Below, piece after piece: positions 58,662-64,000 of a stretch of DNA of 64,000 nucleotides. Source of the stretch: Patescibacteria group bacterium (lineage in GTDB: Bacteria; Patescibacteriota; JABMPQ01); the NCBI GenBank assembly GCA_041749335.1, contig JBGTBM010000007.1, forward strand, positions 85,408-149,407, in the 5' to 3' direction. Positions within the stretch are counted from its first letter, which is position 1; every line of letters starts with the position of its first letter. Position numbers and translations under genes: made by a program. The notes under the pieces are model-generated. The model did no database searches, had not been told where the DNA came from, and saw nothing but the letters and a program-made list of their open reading frames with translations.

Positions 58662-60634
58662 ATTTTTGATAATTTATTTCTAATTTCATCTATCTGATCG
58701 CGGAGTTCCGCCGCCTCCTCAAATTCCAGGTTTTGAGCATGAATTTCCATCTGATTTTGCATATTTTTGATAATTTCCAGCAATTCTTGTTTGCTGCGCT
58801 TTTCAATTGCTTTAAGATCAAGCTTATTTTTTGGCTTTCTTTCAGCCTTAATATAATCTTCACTAATAGCTTTTTTGATGGATTTGGGGGTGATGCCATG
58901 GCGCTTATTGTATGCTTCTTGATACTTTCTTCTTCTTTGAGTTACGCTGATCGCGCGTTTCATGCTGGAGGTTAAAGTATCGGCATACATAATAACATGG
59001 CCTTCTCGGTGGCGGGCGGCGCGGCCAATTGTTTGCACCAGCGCAGTCTCTGATCTTAAGAAGCCTTCTTTATCCGCATCTAATATCGCAATAAGGCTTA
59101 CTTCCGGTAAATCAAGGCCTTCACGCAATAAGTTGATGCCTACTATCACGTCATATTTGCCCAGGCGCAAATCGCGCAAAATCTCAATGCGATCCAGGGT
59201 ATCAATGTCGGAATGCAGATATTGCACCTTTATTTCTTGTTCAATTAAATATTCTGTCAGCTGTTCGGCCAATTGCTTGGTGAGAGTCGTTACCAGCGCT
59301 CTTTGGCCCTTTTTGACAGTTTGTTTGATATTTTTTATTAAATCCGGGACTTGATTTTGAGTGGGCTTGATTTCAATGGTCGGATCTAAAAGTCCGGTAG
59401 GCCTTACTAACTGCTGGGCTATTTGTTCGGAATATTCCAATTCAAATGGGCCGGGAGTGGCGGAAACAAATATCGCCTGATTAATTCTTTGTTCAAATTC
59501 GTCAAATTTTAGCGGGCGGTTATCCAGCGCGGACGGCAGGCGAAAGCCGTAGTCAATTAGCGTCTGCTTGCGGGATTGGTCGCCAAAATACATGCCGCGC
59601 ACCTGGGGAATAGTCATATGTGATTCATCAATAAAAGTAAGAAAGTCTTGGGGGAAGTATTCCATTAGAGTATTGGGAGCATCGCCGGTATTTCTATTGT
59701 CAAAATAACGGGAGTAATTTTCAATGCCTTTGCAGTAGCCGGTCTCTTTGATCATTTCCAGATCGTATTTGGTTTTTTGCTCCAGCCTTTGCGCTTCTAC
59801 TAGCTTATTTTGGGTTTTAAATTGAGCTACTCTTTTTTTTAGATCTTTTTTAATCTTTTCAATTCCACCTTGTTGGCGTTTGAGCGGAGCGATATAGTGG
59901 GTGCCGGGGAAAATTCTAATTTCCCGGGGCGCTTCCAAAACCTCGCCGGTAATATAATTAATCCAGGTTATTTTTTCAATTTGGTCGCCAAAAAATTCCA
60001 GCCGATAAAATTTATTGTCTGAATATATTGGGAAAATTTCCACCGTATCTCCGCGCACGCGAAAAGTTCCGCGGTTAAAAGCGATATCATTTCTTTGGTA
60101 TTGAATTTCGATTAAATCTCTTAGCAGTTGGTCGCGCCCTCTTTTTTCTTTTATTTTCAGGGGAATACTGTAGCGTTGATATTCTTCCGCCGGTCCCAAA
60201 TTGTAAATACAAGATACCGAGGCGCAGATAATTACATCCTGCTGCGAGAGCAAAGCGGAGGTGGCGGCATGGCGCAAGCGGTCAATTTCTTCATTGATAG
60301 CGGAATCTTTGTCAATATAGGTATCAGTTTGGGGAATATAGGCTTCCGGTTGGTAATAATCATAATAGCTGACAAAATAATGCACTTCGTTTTGGGGAAA
60401 AAATTTTTTAAATTCCGAGGCCAGCTGGGCAGCCAAGGTTTTATTATGCGATATCACCAAGGTTGGTTTCTGCGCTTGTTCGATAATTTTCGCCATGGCA
60501 AATGTTTTACCGGAGCCGGTTACGCCCAAAAGTGTTTGATATTTATGCTTATTTAAGCCTTGGGATAATTTTAAAATCGCCTGAGGTTGATCTCCGGTTG
60601 GTTTGAAACTTGATTGTACTTTAAATTTTGGCAT
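58658..60634 (-). CDS. uvrB: Excinuclease ABC subunit B
   Basis: LLGVTGSGKTFAMA (Walker A), YFVSYYDYYQPEAYIP, a beta-hairpin region, and the C-terminal UvrB/UvrC interaction helix (EFEEAAELRDQIDEIR). Confidence 0.95.
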   Translation of the reverse strand: MPKFKVQSSFKPTGDQPQAILKLSQGLNKHKYQTLLGVTGSGKTFAMAKIIEQAQKPTLVISHNKTLAAQLASEFKKFFPQNEVHYFVSYYDYYQPEAYIPQTDTYIDKDSAINEEIDRLRHAATSALLSQQDVIICASVSCIYNLGPAEEYQRYSIPLKIKEKRGRDQLLRDLIEIQYQRNDIAFNRGTFRVRGDTVEIFPIYSDNKFYRLEFFGDQIEKITWINYITGEVLEAPREIRIFPGTHYIAPLKRQQGGIEKIKKDLKKRVAQFKTQNKLVEAQRLEQKTKYDLEMIKETGYCKGIENYSRYFDNRNTGDAPNTLMEYFPQDFLTFIDESHMTIPQVRGMYFGDQSRKQTLIDYGFRLPSALDNRPLKFDEFEQRINQAIFVSATPGPFELEYSEQIAQQLVRPTGLLDPTIEIKPTQNQVPDLIKNIKQTVKKGQRALVTTLTKQLAEQLTEYLIEQEIKVQYLHSDIDTLDRIEILRDLRLGKYDVIVGINLLREGLDLPEVSLIAILDADKEGFLRSETALVQTIGRAARHREGHVIMYADTLTSSMKRAISVTQRRRKYQEAYNKRHGITPKSIKKAISEDYIKAERKPKNKLDLKAIEKRSKQELLEIIKNMQNQMEIHAQNLEFEEAAELRDQIDEIRNKLSKI

Positions 60635-60645
60635 TTAAATCGATT

Positions 60646-60736
60646 AACAAGGTGCAAGGTACAAGTAAAAAAGGTATAAAAGCACTTAAATTATACAATG
60701 CTTAATTATTTGAATCTTGTTTCTTGTAACTTGTAT
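60646..60736. repeat. Third copy of the inverted CAAGNNN heptad-array pair, in the divergent uvrB/ruvA intergenic region
   Basis: caaggtg caaggta caagtaa (60648-60668) and cttgttt cttgtaa cttgtat (60716-60736). The sub-motif cttgtttcttgtaacttgta is shared with 29750-29770. Confidence 0.7.
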
Positions 60737-60976
60737 TTTTAGATAATATTCATTATTCAAAATACACGATCTGATAAAGCTAACAAGCTAATTGCCTAGC
60801 ATAATTCATTCTTATTCCTTTATACTTCATAATTTTTGATTAATAATTTAAACACAGGATACAAAATTCAAATCCCTGTAAACCCAAAAACCCACAAGCT
60901 GCAATCCGGCCTGTCTATTGTCCATTGAAAATTGTGCATTGTTAAGAATACCATTTAACTTTATAATAAAAACAAT

Positions 60977-61555
60977 ATGATTACATATTTAAGAGGTAAA
61001 ATAAAAAAAGTTCGGGAGGAATTTTTAATTTTGGACGTAAATGGGGTAGGCTATCGAATTTTTGGCACCCAGCAGATGCTGCATAGTCTGAAAAATGAAT
61101 CCGGGGATGTGGAGATCTATACTCATCAGCACATCCGAGAAGATTCCCAAGAATTATATGGATTTTTAACTTTGGAAGAGCTGGAATTTTTTGAAATTAT
61201 TATTTCGGTATCGGGAGTGGGTCCAAGAATCGGACTGGCGATTTTGGAGATTTCTGGCGTGCCGGATATTAAAAAGGCGATCGCTACCTCAAATGTTGAT
61301 TACCTGACTCGGGTGCCCGGCATTGGTCGAAAAAAAGCGGAATTGATTATATTAAATTTAAAAAGCAAAATGGATGTTTTGGTAGGAGGGGACGGTTTGA
61401 ATTTATCCAATGATGATTCTGATTCGGTCAATGCTCTAATCCGCTTGGGATATAACAGAAACGAAGCGTTGGAGGCGCTGGAAAGCGTACCGCAAGATGT
61501 AAAAGACGCCGGTGAGCGCATTAGGCTGGCCTTAAGGAATATTGGCAAGAAATAA
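60977..61555 (+). CDS. ruvA: Holliday junction branch-migration complex subunit RuvA
   Basis: MITYLRGKI...LILDVNGVGYRIF (OB-fold domain I), helix-hairpin-helix motifs (SGVGPRIGLAILE, VPGIGRKKAELII), C-terminal domain III. Confidence 0.85.
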   Translation: MITYLRGKIKKVREEFLILDVNGVGYRIFGTQQMLHSLKNESGDVEIYTHQHIREDSQELYGFLTLEELEFFEIIISVSGVGPRIGLAILEISGVPDIKKAIATSNVDYLTRVPGIGRKKAELIILNLKSKMDVLVGGDGLNLSNDDSDSVNALIRLGYNRNEALEALESVPQDVKDAGERIRLALRNIGKK

Positions 61556-61557
61556 CA

Positions 61558-62583
61558 ATGAAAATATTTTATTATCATCTTAAAGATAAAACCAAGATTA
61601 ATAATTTTATACTGGAAAATGGCGGCCATTTGCTGCAAAGTTATGATTGGGGAAAATTTCAAGAGAGCGAAGGGCGTCAAATTTTTCGTTTAGGCGTAGA
61701 AAGCAGCGGCGAAATATTAATCTATGCTCAAGCCTTAGTTTATAAATTACCTCTAAATAAAAGTTATCTTTATATTCCGCGCGGTCCGGTTTTTAATAAA
61801 TCACCCAAAAATGGCGACCGTCAGGAAATTTTAGAGATTATTTTAAACGAATTAAAAAAACTTGCTAAAAAGAACCGAGCGATCTTTATAAAAATTGATC
61901 CGGAAATAGAACGAGGGACAGAAGAAGAAAAATTATATACCGATGCGGGCTTTATTGTTTCCAGTAAAAAGATTCAGCCGGCCGATACTTTGATTTTAAA
62001 CATTGGAAGAACGAAGGAAGAGATTTTACAAGCTATGCATCATAAAACCAGATATAACATTCGTTTGTCAGCCCGCAAGGAAGTCAAGGTCAGACCGGGG
62101 AAAGATGAGCGTGACGTTGCCGCATTTTATAATTTAATGGCGATGACGGCCGACAGAGACAATTTTAAACCACATAGTAAAAATTATTATCATAATCAGC
62201 TTAAGATTTTAGGTGCGGACAATTTATTAAGGCTTTATTTAGCGGAAAAAGATCATCAAATTATTGCCGGGATTATAGTTTCTTTTTGGGGCGGACGGGC
62301 GACTTATCTGCATGGGGCGCTGGATAGCAAATATCGAAAATTTATGGCTCCTCATTTATTGCAGTGGGAGGCGATATTGGATGCCAAAAAAAACGGTTGT
62401 AAGGAATATGATATGTGGGGGATCGCTCCCAAAGATCACGACAATGATCATCCCTGGTCAGGCATTACGCGCTTCAAAGAAGGCTTTGGCGGCAAAAAAT
62501 TATATTTTGCCGGTCCTTTTGATCTGGTGCTGCAAAAATTCTGGTATCGGCTTTATAAATTAGCATCATTAAAAAAAGCCTGA
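61558..62583 (+). CDS. FemAB-family aminoacyltransferase (FemX/FmhB-like peptidoglycan interpeptide-bridge formation)
   Basis: Overall collinearity with FemX: YDWGKFQE, HHKTRYNIRLSARKEV, LHGALDSKYRKFMAPHLLQWEAI. Confidence 0.65.
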   Translation: MKIFYYHLKDKTKINNFILENGGHLLQSYDWGKFQESEGRQIFRLGVESSGEILIYAQALVYKLPLNKSYLYIPRGPVFNKSPKNGDRQEILEIILNELKKLAKKNRAIFIKIDPEIERGTEEEKLYTDAGFIVSSKKIQPADTLILNIGRTKEEILQAMHHKTRYNIRLSARKEVKVRPGKDERDVAAFYNLMAMTADRDNFKPHSKNYYHNQLKILGADNLLRLYLAEKDHQIIAGIIVSFWGGRATYLHGALDSKYRKFMAPHLLQWEAILDAKKNGCKEYDMWGIAPKDHDNDHPWSGITRFKEGFGGKKLYFAGPFDLVLQKFWYRLYKLASLKKA

Positions 62584-62645
62584 TAATTTCATCTGGAATT
62601 GGACTGAAAAAAATGGTATAATTAAATTACATAAATAAAAATTCA

Positions 62646-64000
62646 ATGGATAATTTAAAAGATAACGAAAAAAAGAGAAGTATCTTTTCTAATATGATTA
62701 ATAAACCCAAAGAGCTGCCTTTAATCGCGGTTAAAGATATGGTGATATTTCCGGGGGCGGTAATCCCGATCGCGGTTCAGAGGACAAAGTCGATTAAAGC
62801 GCTGGATGATTCGCAGAAAACCGGCCGGATGGCTATTTTTGTGGCGCAAAAGCAATCCGACGCGGAAAAACCTAAAGCCCGAGATTTGTTTAATATCGGT
62901 ACATTGGCGAAAATCAGAGAAATTGTAAAGCAGCCGGACGGAGTAGTAAGAATATTGGTAGAAGGTGTGGGCAAGGTTGAAATAACCGAATTTATTCAAG
63001 AAGATCCTTTTTTCAAAGTAAAATATAATCCGATCAGGCCGCAAGCCGGCACCAAAACCGAAAGAACGGAAGCCATGATGTATTCAGCGGTTAATCAATT
63101 CAAGGAGGCGGTAAATTTAGGTGCCACTGTGCCCTTAGACGTTTTGCTGGTGATTGTCAATATAACCGATCCTTTCCAGCTCGCGAATGTCATTGCTTTA
63201 AATATTGATTTTAATATTGATGAAAAGCAGGAAATATTGGAAGCTAATACTCCAGAAGAGAAGTTGGAAAAGGTTAATAAGGCTTTGTCGCGCCAGCTTA
63301 AAGTATTGCGCATGGCTAAAAAATTACAGTCGGAAACCGGCAAAGAATTAAGCAAAATGCAAAAAGAAATGTTTTTGCGCGAGCAGCTTAAGGCTATAGA
63401 AAAAGAATTGGGAGTAGTTGGTGGCCGCACCGAAGTGGAAGAGACGAGGGATAAGATTGAAAAAGCCGGAATGCCGAAAGAAGTCAAAGAAAAGGCTTTA
63501 AAAGAATTGGCCAGATTAGAGGGGATGCCATCATTTAGTCCGGAAATTTCATACATTAAAACATATTTGGATTGGTTGATTGAAGTTCCTTGGTCAAAAA
63601 AATCAAAAAGCAAAATTGATATCAAGCAAGCCAAAAAAATCTTAGACGAAGACCACTTTGGTTTGGATAAAGCCAAAGAAAGGGTTTTAGAATATTTGGC
63701 GGTGCAGAAGCTGGTGGGAAAAATCAAAGGGCCGATTCTATGTTTTGCGGGACCTCCGGGCACCGGTAAAACTTCAATCGGGAAATCTATTGCTCGCGCT
63801 CTGGGGCGAAAATTTTATCGAATGAGCTTGGGTGGCATCCGCGATGAAGCGGAAATCAGGGGCCATCGCCGCACTTATGTCGGCGCTCTGCCCGGTAGAA
63901 TTATTCAAGGGATAAACACCGCCGGCACCAAAAACCCGGTTTTTATGTTGGATGAAATAGATAAAGTGGGAGCGGATTTTCGAGGAGATCCTTCAGCCGC
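62646..64000 (+). CDS. lon: ATP-dependent Lon protease (N-terminal ~450 aa; continues beyond the window)
   Basis: Lon N-domain (LPLIAVKDMVIFPGAVIPIAV). AAA+ Walker A GPPGTGKTSIGKSIARAL. No stop codon before 64000. The antisense ORFs 62721..63044 and 63095..63763 are spurious. Confidence 0.92.
   Translation, partial: MDNLKDNEKKRSIFSNMINKPKELPLIAVKDMVIFPGAVIPIAVQRTKSIKALDDSQKTGRMAIFVAQKQSDAEKPKARDLFNIGTLAKIREIVKQPDGVVRILVEGVGKVEITEFIQEDPFFKVKYNPIRPQAGTKTERTEAMMYSAVNQFKEAVNLGATVPLDVLLVIVNITDPFQLANVIALNIDFNIDEKQEILEANTPEEKLEKVNKALSRQLKVLRMAKKLQSETGKELSKMQKEMFLREQLKAIEKELGVVGGRTEVEETRDKIEKAGMPKEVKEKALKELARLEGMPSFSPEISYIKTYLDWLIEVPWSKKSKSKIDIKQAKKILDEDHFGLDKAKERVLEYLAVQKLVGKIKGPILCFAGPPGTGKTSIGKSIARALGRKFYRMSLGGIRDEAEIRGHRRTYVGALPGRIIQGINTAGTKNPVFMLDEIDKVGADFRGDPSA

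Noticed and set aside
62721-63763. Minus-strand ORFs 62721..63044, 62777..62974 and 63095..63763
   Set aside because: They are antisense to the well-supported lon gene (Lon N-domain and Walker A are clearly in the + frame). Spurious.

Overview
The window is AT-rich (roughly 30% GC) with short intergenic gaps, many GT2/GT4 glycosyltransferases, a FemX-like gene and a monoderm-style lipoprotein solute-binding protein, which together suggest a CPR/Patescibacteria-like bacterium (inference from composition and gene content). From start to end it contains the following.

- An rRNA operon (3' part of 16S, tRNA-Ile, tRNA-Ala, tRNA-Val, 23S, 5S) whose 16S-23S spacer is stretched to about 7.6 kb. The spacer carries protein-coding genes: a small GIY-YIG nuclease, two membrane proteins, a GC-rich (~58% GC) gene that looks foreign, and a 1298-aa multi-domain surface protein. 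It also holds a tRNA-Ala pseudo-duplicate, a tRNA-like 3' fragment and repeated small hairpin motifs.
- galU and a lipoprotein sugar-binding protein.
- A tandem array of four paralogous small secreted proteins that share a TrbC/VirB2-like (T4SS-pilin-like) two-helix C-terminal domain and have hypervariable Thr/Ser/Pro-rich regions. The first also carries a 10-Cys extracellular domain. The array lies next to a large GT-C-like membrane protein. This is the most likely undescribed system in the window: a candidate glycosylated pilin/adhesin module.
- A second GC-rich island encoding an SPFH/band-7 protein and a membrane partner.
- A receiver-only response regulator.
- A ~37 kb glycan biosynthesis locus. 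It contains about 16 GT2/GT4 glycosyltransferases, an active and a degenerate MraY/WecA-family member, a PglC-like initiating phosphoglycosyltransferase, a Wzm/Wzt-like ABC exporter, two AsnB-like amidotransferases, two radical-SAM/SPASM proteins, a B12-binding radical-SAM protein, several methyltransferases, and a 1261-aa TPR-containing polytopic membrane protein.
- Housekeeping genes uvrB, ruvA, a FemAB-family gene and lon (3' truncated).

Non-coding structures not explained by the genes include a cluster of GC-rich hairpins inside the glycan locus and a dispersed family of heptad CAAGNNN repeat arrays arranged in inverted pairs at three sites.
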